A DNA stretch of 64,000 nt from Laetmonice hystrix (lineage: Eukaryota), in contig OZ249436.1 of the NCBI GenBank assembly GCA_965235115.1, positions 682,001-746,000 of the forward strand, written 5' to 3'. The number at the start of each line of letters is the position of its first letter. The stretch's first letter is position 1. The position numbers and the translations under genes are program-made. This document shows, one piece after another, positions 1-11,581 of this stretch. The notes under the pieces were generated by a model. It worked only from the letters and a program-made list of their open reading frames with translations. It was not told the DNA's origin and made no database searches.

Positions 1-748
1 TATTATGTGTTAAGGTACCGAAATGTAACCAAGTGGTGTGTATTTAAAGAGACGAGTGCTGCAGTATGTACTAAAAGCAAATGTCTGAATTCTAGGCCAA
101 CCTTCCGGACTTGTTTTGACACAATCATAATAGTCTTCCTTCTTTCCATCTTCATCTTTTAAAATAGTTTGGTAAGAAGCTGTGCAGCACGATCATTTTT
201 TTGTGGTAGCCAGGTAAAAAAATTGGCTTTTTTTTATAACAAGAACTACCGGTAACTTCCACAAGAGCCAAAACTACCTTCAAAAGTTTAGGATGCACAA
301 AGAATCCTGCAGACTACATGAGGACATAATGACATATCACTCTGGACTTCAAGTAATGACCCCACTAATTTAACTTCTTACTAATCAAATTCAAAATATA
401 ACCAGCCACTTTACTCTTCAGTTTGTCCACCTGATACGGACCCGTCGATGGTCTAAGTACTGGAAAACTAGCTGACTCATCAAATAAATACCTCTAGTCA
501 CAAATCAGTTTAAGCAAGGCCTTATACTACAACTTGGGGCACACTTTCTTCAAACAATTCCGTCTGTGCACAAAAGTCTGCTCAATTTTCCTAATCAGTC
601 ATCAGTTTCTTACGTTTACTGACCTAGAAGAAAGGTAATATGGTTAGAAAATATTGATCTTAACAGAAAAACACCGATGTGATGTCTGTTCTGTCTTGTG
701 TTTGGTTGTCACTGCTGCCATCACAACTGAACCGTTCCTACATCACAG

Positions 749-1110
749 TGATTGTAGACCAGTCTTACTAACACCAGCTCGCGATTGTAGACCAGTCTTA
801 CTAACACCAGCTCGCGATTGTAGACCAGTCTTACTAACACCAGCTCGCGATTGTAGACCAGTCTTACTAACACCAGCTCGCGATTGTAGACCAGTCTTAC
901 TAACACCAGCTCGCGATTGTAGACCAGTCTTACTAACACCAGCTCGCGATTGTAGACCAGTCTTACTAACACCAGCTCGCGATTGTAGACCAGTCTTACT
1001 AACACCAGCTCGCGATTGTAGACCAGTCTTACTAACACCAGCTCGCGATTGTAGACCAGTCTTACTAACACCAGCTCGTGATTGTAGACCAGTCTTACTA
1101 ACACCAGCTC
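749..1110. repeat. Minisatellite, 33-bp unit x~11
   Basis: gattgtagaccagtcttactaacaccagctcgc repeated. Confidence 0.95.
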
Positions 1111-1426
1111 TATGTACTCAGACAGGCAATGTATCAAGGTTTCATTCGACTGTCATATAAGACGTGTTAGTAAGATAGGTCCCAGGTCGACAAGGCTTTT
1201 CCTCAATCCCCCGAGATTTCTCTTTTAAATACAGACAGGCATCCAAGAACATCCACTGACACTGCGTTAATATCCAACTGGATCCAGGAATGAAAAAACG
1301 CTTGGACGTGGCCCGAGGTCTCGGCTGGCGACTGTGTCCGATAGTCTCACACAAAGTGAGGCAGCTCCAAGCTTGGCCAGTGTCTCCACAGATGCACTAT
1401 TGAAATTTGGTTAGACCGCTCACAAA

Positions 1427-1497
1427 TTACTTTCTAGAAGCAGATTTCTTTTTATCCAGAAGCTTCTTTTCTGCAGCATCCTTGGCAGTTTCTTTAA
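1427..1497 (-). CDS. PDAP1: PDAP1 terminal coding exon 6 (to TAA)
   Basis: ttgcag acceptor, phase-compatible; LKETAKDAAEKKLLDKKKSASRK*; total CDS 615 nt = 204 aa. Confidence 0.8.
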
Positions 1498-1883
1498 CTG
1501 CAAAGATCAATGAAAAGGACTTTGTGAAATAACATACATGAGTGTCTATGAAAAAACAGATTACAAGAATACAGATTTAACTTTCACCTGACTTGATTTC
1601 ATTCAACGACATTTGATTTTCTTTAATTCAATAACATTTCTACATAGATGAAACCAGCATTTTATGCCTCTGACCTCCATAAATACCCGAGATCATATAT
1701 TGCTGTTAGAAATTAGGGTTTGGTTTCTTAATTGTCATTCTTAAAATTGTACAAAGTGTACAAACAGGAACATAAATCTGACACAGTTTTGAGGCAAAAA
1801 TTCTGAAACTGAAGTGAAATTTGATTCAAGATAACTTGATTTGCACAAAGAATAATATTGAGGAAAACTTGATTGACACTCAC

Positions 1884-2035
1884 GTTGAAGCTCCTCTTGC
1901 CTTTTCTTCTGCTGTTCCTCCCTTTGTTTCTTGATGATGGCTAAACGAGCTAAATCAGCACGAGCCTCATCCGTCTTTCCTGCCAGGTGCATCTTGCGAT
2001 AGTGTGCCGCTGCCTGCTGTTTCTGAAGTTCTTCC
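1884..2035 (-). CDS. PDAP1: PDAP1 coding exon 5
   Basis: [40 protein letters not shown], the hallmark PP28 motif; atcag acceptor, C|GTGAGT donor. Confidence 0.93.
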
Positions 2036-2479
2036 CTGATACAACAACAAAATTAATACTTGAAAACTCAGTAAACAACCGTAATCTGAGGGATAGTTTC
2101 TGAAGTTCTTCCCTGATACAACAACAAAATTAATACTTGAAAACTCAGTAAACAACCCTAATCTGAGGGATAGTTTCTGAAGTTCTTCCCTGATACAACA
2201 GCAAAATTAATACTTGAAAACTCAGTAAACAACCCTAATCTGAGGGATAGTTTCTGAAGTTCTTCCCTGATACAACAGCAAAATTAATACTTGAAAACTC
2301 AGTAAACAACCCTAATCTGAGGGATAGTTTCTGAAGTTCTTCCCTGATACAACAACAAAATTAATACTTGAAAACTCAGTAAACAACACTAATCTGAGGG
2401 ATAGTTTCTGAAGTTCTTCCCTGATGCAACAACAAAATTAATACTTGAAAACTCAGTAAACAACCCTAATCTGAGGGAT
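2021..2479. repeat. Minisatellite, 77-bp unit x~6, containing the PDAP1 exon 5 acceptor
   Basis: Unit contains ttctgaagttcttccctgatac (minus strand: tatcag|GGAAGAACTTCAGAA). Confidence 0.95.
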
Positions 2480-2760
2480 TCCAGAATTCTCGTAATAAGC
2501 TAACGTGATTTGGAGTTTTAAGTCTCTCTACTACATCTCCATCGAGAGAAACCATGATTTGTTAACAAAAGCTAAAGAAAAGATGAGGACGATGATACAC
2601 ATTTAATATGCAAAGTATTTGGCACAGAATTCCTGAATATCACGCCAGTTTAATACAACAGGAAATATTAGTACCGTTCTCTGCCTCCAGATGTAGTGAC
2701 TATCCCACGCCAGTTTTAATAATTATGCAGAATTTTAAAAACAAGAAATTGTCCACAAAC

Positions 2761-2885
2761 CTTTCTCTCCGACTAAGCTGAGGCTTATCAACTTCAGTGG
2801 GGTCTAACTGTGATACCTTCTTTGACTTTGACACCACATGGTTTGGGTTGGCAGTTTCTATCAAATGAGAAACACCCTTTTTCTT
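2761..2885 (-). CDS. PDAP1: PDAP1 coding exon 4
   Basis: KKKGVSHLIETANPNHV...KKVSQLD...QLSRRER matches the PP28 domain (KGVEGLIDIENPNRV...KKVTQLD...ELSRRER); cag acceptor, AG|GTTTGT donor. Confidence 0.92.
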
Positions 2886-3421
2886 CTGAAATGCAGAAAG
2901 TGAACAATAAGTCAGTAGCATATAGTGGGGGTATGCACAATCTGTAATACCATTTAAATCCTTATTATACTACATCATTCAATACGCCTCCATGAGGCAT
3001 AAATAGATTGATACATTTATTATACAAAGTTTCACATTGTACGAGTCACACTTTTTCCATTAAAGTGAATGTGAACTAGAAAGCTGCAAAACAGTCCGAA
3101 ATCAGCATCCCTAAAAAATGTTTTGTCTGATGCCTGGGGGTTGTAACTATAGAATGCTATCACTAATTACTTTATTTTGAGTATATTTCTTTGCAAATTT
3201 TGCAAGCTAAATTGGACATCCCATTGAATTAAAAAAGACAAATGTCTCTTCCCCAGTTTGTAAGATTGTTTTCATTAGTTATGGGAAAACAACGATCTTT
3301 GTACCTAAGGTATAAGATGAATGTCCTATCTGATATGTTGGCCAACCACATGTGACTCAGGATAAGAGATAGGAATATTTTACCACTTTCGTAAAATTAT
3401 TGTGTTGAACTTTCCAGTTAC

Positions 3422-3562
3422 CTCTTCTCGTTCTTCTTCTTCTTCACTACTACTTTCTTCTGACGACCCCTCAGCTGGATCCTTTGGTGGTTTCTTACTC
3501 TTGGCAGCAGCTTTTTCCTCATCTGAGTCTTCTTCAGAATCACTGGCTAAACCCCTCTCTCT
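3422..3562 (-). CDS. PDAP1: PDAP1 coding exon 3 (acidic, Ser-rich)
   Basis: tttcag acceptor, GAG|GTAACT donor, 141 nt phase 0-0; RERGLASDSEEDSDEEK...SSSEEEEEREE. Confidence 0.85.
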
Positions 3563-3827
3563 CTGAAATAAATGATCCGTATAAATCATATGTACCCGGT
3601 ATATAATAATTGTTAACACACTTGTACCACACTTGAAATCCAGGGTGCAACTGAGAAATCCATTCATATATTTGGAGTCACCAGTTTATTTTTTGAACAC
3701 CATTTCTATTTCCAATGTTAATTCTGTACCCGTACAAGTTTATAATTTTGAAAACCAAACTACTTGTACCAATTCTCCTAGAGCTGGTTAAATAGTTCTT
3801 TGGATTTTCACTGGTGTGAATGTTGTG

Positions 3828-4538
3828 AAACATTGTGCCTCTCAGTGTTACACAATTGTACTCACTGGTGTGAATGTTGTGAGACATTGTGCCTCTCAGT
3901 GTCCACTGGTGTGAATGTTGTGAGACATTGTGCCTCTCAGTGTTACACCATTGTACTCACCCTCCACTGGTGTGAACGCTGTGAGACATTGTGCCTCTCA
4001 GTGTTACCCAATTGTACTCACCGTCCACTGGTGTGAATGTTGCGAGACATTGTGCCTCTCAGTGTTACCCAATTGTACTCACCGTCCACTGGTGTGAATG
4101 TTGTGAGACATTGTACCTCTCAGTGTCCACTGGTGTGAATGTTGTGAGACATTGTACCTCTCAGTGTCCACTGGTGTGAATGTTGTGAGACATTGTACCT
4201 CTCAGTGTCCACTGGTGTGAATGTTGTGAGACATTGTACCTCTCAGTGTCCACTGGTGTGAATGTTGCGAGACATTGTGCCTCTCAGTGTTACCCAATTG
4301 TACTCACCCTCCACTGGTGTGAATGTTGTGAGACATTGTACCTCTCAGTGTCCACGGGTATGAATGCTGCGAGACATTGTGCCTCTCAGTGTTACCCAAT
4401 TGTACTCACCCTCAACTGGTGTGAATGTTGTGAGACATTGTGCCTCTCAGTGTTACCCAATTGTACTCACCCTCCACTGGTGTGAATGTTGTGAGACATT
4501 GAGCCTCTCAGTGTTACACAATTGTACTCACCCTCCAC
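3828..4538. repeat. Compound minisatellite (~61-bp and ~39-bp units) containing the PDAP1 exon 2 donor
   Basis: Repeated attgtactcaccctccactggtgtgaatgttgtgagacattg. Confidence 0.93.
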
Positions 4539-4647
4539 TCCCTTTCCTTTTCTTTCTTTATTTCCGCCTTGTGCAGTTCTTCCTCATTTGTGAAATGCCT
4601 GCGTTTCCCTTTGTGGCTTTTCTTTCCACCACGGCCATGGCTACCTC
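4532..4647 (-). CDS. PDAP1: PDAP1 coding exon 2
   Basis: tag acceptor, AGG|GTGAGT donor; encodes GSHGRGGKKSHKGKRRHFTNEEELHKAEIKKEKEREWR, resembling the PDAP1 N-terminus (GGRKGGHKGRARQYT). Confidence 0.88.
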
Positions 4648-4897
4648 CTAATAAATTCAAGAACATTAAGTCAGTCAAAGTTTTCACTTATACTGACATG
4701 ACCGACAGTGGTGGCAGTGAGATGCGTGCAATCAGGCACCATTGCTTGCCCAAATTACGATCAAGGAGCACGAATAGGCCTACCCCAGCGCACAAGCAAA
4801 AGAAAGTGCAGGGGTCGAAAAATCCAGTACATCTGCGGTGTCATAGGTCATGCCATGCCCACGGCTATGACTGATTTAAAAGCAAGATGTTGATTAA

Positions 4898-5139
4898 AGG
4901 TACGCTCTATTGAATTCGGTTTCCGCGTGGGACTGCATGCGATGGCCCAGTGTCGCGTGCCCGTTCTGGGAATTGAACGCCCCGTTCCCACGACCTGTCG
5001 CAGCCCACGGTACAGCGGTGAGTCCCCCAGTCGCTGTGCGCTTGCTCGGGGAACGGAGCGTTCAATTTATAGAACGGGTACGTGACGCTGGGCCATCGCT
5101 GCAGTCCGACGCGGTAATCGAATTCAATAGAGTGTCACT
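4898..5139. mobile_element. MITE with long imperfect TIRs, TTAA TSD, AG...CT ends (Kolobok-like)
   Basis: ttaa|aggtacgctctattgaattcgg ... cgaattcaatagagtgtcact|ttaa; arms pair over roughly 90 bp. Confidence 0.75.
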
Positions 5140-5451
5140 TTAAGATAATAACTGGACCAACATGGGTCTAGAACAACTAGTAAAATAGGATGTGATCTGA
5201 CTCAGGCCAGGGTTTCTCAGCAGCTGAGAGACGCTTATGATGTCACAGAGTCACTTGGCCCACACACAGTAAGCCGTACGTAGAGGACAGTGTGACGTCA
5301 CTCGTCAGTGAGTGGTGAGCATGATGACACCACACTTCACTGACACATGGGTCAGAGATTAGGCCTAGTGTTAGACTACTTTGAAGAGATAAAACTTTAT
5401 AGTCCATTAAATTACTTTTTTCTACTTTAATGTAATACGTTTAACGCTTAC

Positions 5452-5461
5452 CCTTCGGCAT
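5452..5461 (-). CDS. PDAP1: PDAP1 (28 kDa heat- and acid-stable phosphoprotein) coding exon 1, ATG CCG AAG G
   Basis: ATG followed by G|GTAAGC donor; gives the MPKG start typical of PDAP1 and joins in frame to the 4532-4647 exon. Confidence 0.8.
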
Positions 5462-5677
5462 CTCTAGTTCGAGATACGTGACCAGACCAAAAGAACTCCA
5501 AAAATCTGTCTGAAGTTGCGAAATTACGGCACCTCACGAACTTCACGAACATACGGAAATGGTGCGTTACCCATGCGCTATATTACCCACGTATCACCCG
5601 TACTTCCGGTTTAAACATTACCTCGAAGAAAGGAAAGTACGGAAGGTTTGCGAAGGTCTTGAAGAAACGTCTGGATC
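5462..5677. promoter_or_regulatory. Putative bidirectional promoter and 5' UTRs between PDAP1 and BUD31
   Basis: Divergent start codons ~216 bp apart; CpG-containing; ETS-like ACTTCCGGT at ~5602-5610. Confidence 0.65.
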
Positions 5678-5771
5678 ATGCCTAAAGTGAAGAGAAGTAA
5701 GAAACCACCACCAGATGGATGGGAACTCATTGAACCAACACTTGATGAACTCGATCAAAAGATGAGAGAGG
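5678..5771 (+). CDS. BUD31: BUD31 (G10 spliceosomal protein) coding exon 1
   Basis: [31 protein letters not shown], near-identical to the BUD31 N-terminus; G|GTAAGA donor. Confidence 0.96.
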
Positions 5772-6176
5772 GTAAGATTAAGTTTCGAAAGCCCGACCAA
5801 ACTGATGCCAGTGATGCCGATGGTCGATAATTGGGGACACGAAGTCCACATGACATGATACAGTTAGGCCTAGCCGTAGTCAGCAGGAGTGGTACAAGGA
5901 ACTAGACTCTAGTGAGGTTTTTGCAAAGCGAGTTTTTCCCCCAGAATCGTCGCCTGAGGTTTTTGCAAAGCGAGTTTTTCCCCCAGTATCGTCGCCAAAC
6001 GACCAAGGTCTGGAACCATAGTCATAGATAGGCCTAGAATGTCTGCAGCCAGGGATTTTTAGCTTTAGACTTAGTTGAGAGACTGAGCCCTAGGCTAGGC
6101 TAGGCCTAACGTTAGGGGCTGTCTATAAAATTACGTAAGTCGTAACGCTTGGCCCTGGCTGGGGGGTGGGTGGTAT

Positions 6177-6547
6177 CCAGTCACTGTGAGCGTCTGCCAC
6201 TGTGAGCGGCAGTCACTGTGAGCGGCAGTTAGGCCTACTGTGAGCGGCTTGAGCGGACATGTGATGAGCCACCCCGTAACACAGCGTGTCCCTTGCCGGG
6301 CGCCTCGAGCAGAGCGGCGAGGGGCGGACATGACCGGGCGTAGCCTATACATCCCGGATCATGTAGCCCTAGTACTATATAATATACACGATCCTTGCGG
6401 ACATGGCGACTGGCGGACATGTTGTGTTACCAATTAGATTATATGTGAAACATCTAGCATGCTATCCATGCGCTCATAATCATATGTGACTGTGACCGCC
6501 GCTCACAACAACTGCCGCTCACAGTTGCTGCCGCTCACAGTAACTGG
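6177..6547. mobile_element. Foldback/MITE-like element with inverted arms built of short ctgtgagcggcag repeats
   Basis: ccagtcactgtgagcg... versus ...cgctcacagtaactgg; TSD not resolved. Confidence 0.5.
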
Positions 6548-8989
6548 TATTCGGGTGGGTACTCCAACAAGTCAGAGTCCTAGTCATTCCGTCCATACGG
6601 ACTCTGACCATCGAGTACAAATGCGCCAGCGACTGCTATGCTGCCGGGGTTCTATCTCGGTCCTATCGCGCATCATCGCCTCAAAGTCATGTTTTAGACC
6701 ACTTTTGGCACTGAAACTTGCTGAGAGTACACAAAACAGGTTACTTCAACAGATGCGTAAATGTATTTTGTTGGATGTTATCTTAGTAGGTGAAATTCTC
6801 AGTTTGTTTGGTCAAATACAGTGCAGCGCGGGTGACGAGCGGTGACCCAGTTTATCGGGTGTGCGTATTTTCCACTTCTACAGTTGATCCGGAACGGACC
6901 GCATAAGTAGGTCGCGCTACCTGTTCAAGCAGACGCTGACGGCACAGAGTGAAGCTATCCGTTTCGGGTACCAGTAGCGATCTAACTTTTATCAGTTCCC
7001 GGTCACTCGGTGCACCGCAGATGGCTGACGGAGCTACGGACCCGACTTGCTCGTAAACAACCGGACCGTGTGGACGTTATATTTGTCCAATAATTATAAT
7101 CAAGGTCGAAATAGAAACTTCAATACTGTGGCTCTCTACGAAAATTGATTTCATGCTTCTTGGAAGGAGTTTAGTACCAAAACGAAGGCCGCAAAGTTGC
7201 GATAACGGACCTCTTCGCAGAGCGTCCAAGAGTCGCTAGGCCAGCGTCACTTGACAACTAAACGGTGTTCTGGAAGACACCGTTTAGAAACTGAACTAGG
7301 GGGTGGGGGGATCTCTATCAAAATCGGCCGCTCGTAATAACCTACCGCCAACGGGCGTAGCACGGCCAGATAGGAAAGTGAAAGAAAACAAAAATGAATT
7401 GATAACTCTGTGTTATATAACATTGTGCATCTCGGCCATGCCCACTGTACGCACAGGCTTTTTACAGATGAGCCAGCACCACAAAAAAAAAAATTTACGG
7501 GACCGGAAAAGTAGCTGATAAAGTTGGCATAGGCCTCAAATTCCCGTAAATGAAATGGAAAAGGAATTTCATAGTCTTAAATGATTCTGCATCAACTTCC
7601 ACAACATTTTTTTGATTGCTTACCTAGCGCTCAGTGAAGGATTCAAAACGTAAACAAAAGGCTAGCCATGCTCGTCACTACTACTACGTAGTGACTGGAG
7701 AAAAGTACGGGAAAAGTGTGAAAAGTACTTCCAAAAACTGTGAAAACTCGCCAGAACACGTCCTCGTAGGCCCCTAACCGGTTGGTAACGGTCGGTAAAG
7801 TAAACAGGGATAAAAAAAAAAGAATAATTTCCCTAAGTGGCTAGCACTTAGAGTGAAGTCGTTGAGTCTGAGAGGCAGAATGCCATTCCAACTGGGACGC
7901 AGCCCATTTATAGGAAAAGGTCATGACCTTGACCGCCATTTGTCCGAGATGCGTCACATGACCCGCTTGCTCTGGTTGGTGAGCGACTGCTCACGACATA
8001 GTTGTCAGGGACCTGCCGCAAGCCCTGCCCCTAGATACGCTCTAGCTTGCCGAAGCCAGAAAACCTACGTTACGCATTATAAATAGTCTTTTTTAACATG
8101 TAGACGTGTAAAAGATCCAAAAACGGCCCCGTTAACGTTTTTCCTTTCCTAAAATGATTGCAGGGATATATCTAGGTCGATTTGTAACGGCGGCCCACCG
8201 TGCCCCCAACAGGCTCCGCCACTCCATGCCCTTTTTTGCCCCAAAAGCCGCCACTGGTGCCTTTCTTACAACCAAAGATCCGCCAGTGGTGCCCTTATAA
8301 TACTGCCACACATGCCTAGTGACTGCTGCGAATTGACTGCAGTTTTAAGTGTATCAGCGTTCTTGCCAGCCTTTTTCAGCGTAGCGGGCCGCTACGCTGT
8401 GTATTTAGGCCACTACACTGTCTTTGAGGCCGCTACGTTGTCTCTTGACCAGCGTAGCGGCAAAAACCTGTCTAAATTCAACAGAACCCACAGGAATACC
8501 GGTAAAATGTTGCTTCGTTACTGTCCAGTTTAACAAACCTTTCTCATCTGACTATCTAGACCGCAAGATAAGGCTCTAAAATAGCCTAAATTACCTGAGC
8601 TTGGGGTTTGCCCCTCCTGTACCCCTAACCAGGGCTCTGCCCTTAGTTTGACCACTACGCTGTCGACAATTTCTGGCGAGAACCCTGTGTATACTACTGG
8701 TGAAGATATTTTAATGAGGCATAACCACAGATCATAGGGGAAGGAAGGTTTGAATTATTTGTTAAATAATTTTGACATCAGATGCACAGAAGACTGTGTC
8801 CTGTGCCTTAGAAGACTTTGTGTGTTCAAATGCCCATTCGACACATAGTGCCCTTTTTCGGATATGGGGGCCATGACCTTTTGAAATCCTAGCTATATCC
8901 CTGAATTGATGTTTCGACAATGGCATTTTTAGCTGAGACTGAACCACGCAAGGGGGAAGCTCATGAACTTATCAATTGAACTGTTACAG

Positions 8990-9112
8990 CTGAGACTGAA
9001 CCACACGAAGGGAAGCGAAAGGTTGAGGCGCTGTGGCCCATCTTCAAAATACATCACCAGAAGTCGCGGTACCTGTATGACCTTTTCTACAGACGTAAAG
9101 CCATCAGCCGAG
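8990..9112 (+). CDS. BUD31: BUD31 coding exon 2
   Basis: ttacag acceptor; [48 protein letters not shown] donor. Confidence 0.96.
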
Positions 9113-9430
9113 GTGAGTACTAATACACGGGGAGTGGGCAGCAGGGGAGTCCTGGCCAGTACGAGACAGACAACTGAGACACAGTTTTACAACGAGACAT
9201 ACTGTCATGGCAGCAACAAGTATTATGGCACTATTTTCAGATAAAGTAATTGGGGGTTTTATTTTCCAGCTGATCAGAGGATAGCCACCATTTTTATGCT
9301 GCCAGTTAGCAGATTTTTTCTTTTTGGTGCAGGATAACTGGAAATGATGATAAATGGGTTTTTAAATCCGTGTAATATTCTATGCCATGTACTGACGAAG
9401 TAGGTATCATCTTGTTTTTTTTCCTTCCAG

Positions 9431-9597
9431 AACTGTATGAGTATTGTATGAGGGAAGGCATAGCAGACAGGAATTTGATTGCGAAGTGGAAGAAGCAGGG
9501 TTACGAGAACTTATGCTGTCTGCGCTGCATCCAGGCCCGAGACACAAACTTTGGTACAAACTGTATATGCCGAGTTCCTAAAGGAAAGCTTGAAGAG
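9431..9597 (+). CDS. BUD31: BUD31 coding exon 3
   Basis: ttccag acceptor; [64 protein letters not shown] donor. Confidence 0.97.
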
Positions 9598-10171
9598 GTG
9601 AGTCTGTATAACCTTTCCATATTGAGGCGAGCCTGTGTAACCTTTCCATATTGAGGTGAGTCTGTATAACCTTTCCATATTGAGGCGAGCCTGTGTAACC
9701 TTTCCATATTGAGGTGAGCCTGTATAACCTTTCCATATTGAGGTGAGTCTGTATAACCTTTCCATATTGAGGTGAGTCTGTATAACCTTTCCATATTGAG
9801 GTGAGTCTGTATAACCTTTCCATATTGAGGTGAGTCTGTATAACCTTTCCATATTGAGGTGAGTCTGTATAACCTTTCCATATTGAGGTGAGCCTGTATA
9901 ACCTTTCCATATTGAGGTGAGCCTGTATAACCTTTCCATATTGAGGTGAGCCTGTATAACCTTTCCATATTGAGGTGAGCCTGTATAACCTTTCCATATT
10001 GAGGTGAGCCTGTATAACCTTTCCATATTGAGGTGAGCCTGTATAACCTTTCCATATTGAGGTGAGCCTGTATAACCTTTCCATATTGAGGTGAGCCTGT
10101 ATAACCTTTCCATATTGAGGCGAGCCTGTATAACCTTTCCATATTGAGGTGAGCCTGTATAACCTTTCCAT
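9595..10171. repeat. Minisatellite, 29-bp unit x~20, starting at the BUD31 exon 3 donor and filling most of intron 3
   Basis: gaggtgag(t/c)ctgtataacctttccatatt repeated. Confidence 0.96.
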
Positions 10172-10210
10172 AAATCCTTAGGTATAATATGGTAACTTCT
10201 TATCTTTCAG

Positions 10211-10261
10211 GGTAAAATTGTTGAGTGTGTACACTGTGGGTGTCGAGGTTGTTCAGGATGA
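10211..10261 (+). CDS. BUD31: BUD31 terminal coding exon 4
   Basis: tttcag acceptor; GKIVECVHCGCRGCSG*; total 435 nt = 144 aa, the canonical BUD31 length. Confidence 0.96.
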   Translation, partial: GKIVECVHCGCRGCSG

Positions 10262-10286
10262 GATGTTTGCAGCGGGTAAAGAGTTG

Positions 10287-10442
10287 GAAGATTCAAGTTG
10301 ACAGTCATCAGGCCATCTACATTACTGAAGACGAGGATGGAAGATTCAAGTTGACAGTCATCGGGCCATCTACATTACTGAAGACGAGGATGGAAGATTC
10401 AAGTTGACAGTCATCAGGCTATCTACATTACTGAAGACGAGG
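10287..10442. repeat. ~55-bp unit x~3 in the BUD31 3' UTR
   Basis: gaagattcaagttgacagtcatcaggccatctacattactgaagacgagga repeated. Confidence 0.85.
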
Positions 10443-11018
10443 AAACAGTGCTCACATAATGTGTACACTATCAAACCATGGTCAGCCCTCATTGTATTGC
10501 ACAGTGAGGAAGAAAAATTGTTTGAAATTTATTGGTAGTATTGGCATATTAATGTAGTGAACTTGTATTCAGTCAACATGAAAACATATATGAAAACAAG
10601 ATCAGATACATGTAGTTCAGTTTTGAAAGCAGATTAAACTCTTATGTAACAATTAGTTTCTATGTGATGATGTGTTGATCTACATTTTGTTTACCAGTAA
10701 TTTATGTAGATTAAGCAACTATTATAGATTTAGGGGAGCCCCGGTTGTACTAAGGGCAAGGCGCTAAAGTTTATGGTTATGTTCCCTTGGTCTGAAAAGA
10801 TCTGGTTTGGTTGTAAACTCACTTTTTTAACAATATGTAAAGATGTTCACAACTGCGTACCCAGCCACACAAGTCAGATAAATGTAACCCTTATCTGTGA
10901 GGACAAAAACTTATATATGTACATTCTAACAAAGAGGTCAACGCCAGGAGCAAGTTCTGGAGATTATTGTCAGAAGATGTACAAAGTCTGGTGTCGAGGC
11001 TGATATTCTGGGTGTTAA

Positions 11019-11577
11019 AGGGAAATGTGATTGTTCAAAGCACCACCTAGTGAGTCGCATTGGTACCACTAGGGAAATGTGAGTATTCAAAGTGCCGCGT
11101 AGTGAGCTTTATCAGAAAAATGTTTGGCTTATTTATGCAGTCAACTAGCTAGTTTGATGTGGAAATCAGTAGTATTTTTTAAACCATGAACCAAACTGTG
11201 CCAGAACCTGTCTACTCCATTGAATGAGCAATACCCGTGTTTTACCAAGGCACCGACTGTTTGGCAGGCTGTAACTTTTTTTTAATTCGGTGACCCCCAT
11301 TTTTTTGGGTTTTAAACTATCAGTCTTCATCCACTTTATCTTGTCACCGAATTTCAGGAGAAAATCAGTGGTCGTGTTTTAACTATTAGTCAAAATGTCT
11401 GAAAAATCCCGTTTTTTCCATTGAAACCTATAGTAAAGACCCATTTTTTATGGAGGCCTGTATAAAAAAATCTAATTCGGTGACGTGGTTTTTTTGTTTC
11501 TTTGTACTCCTAGGGACAAAGGCTATCCCCCATAAAAATATTTTGAAAATTCCAGTGGTTGATTCGAACAATTCCCT
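11019..11577. mobile_element. Non-autonomous TTAA-TSD DNA transposon (Kolobok-like) inserted in a minisatellite unit
   Basis: ttaa|agggaa...ttccct|ttaa; the flanks rejoin as one unit of the adjacent 48-bp repeat. Confidence 0.7.
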
Positions 11578-11581
11578 TTAA

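Noticed and set aside
9501..10171. Three overlapping ~200-aa minus-strand ORFs
   Set aside because: 29-bp repeat in BUD31 intron 3; the same peptide appears in all three frames
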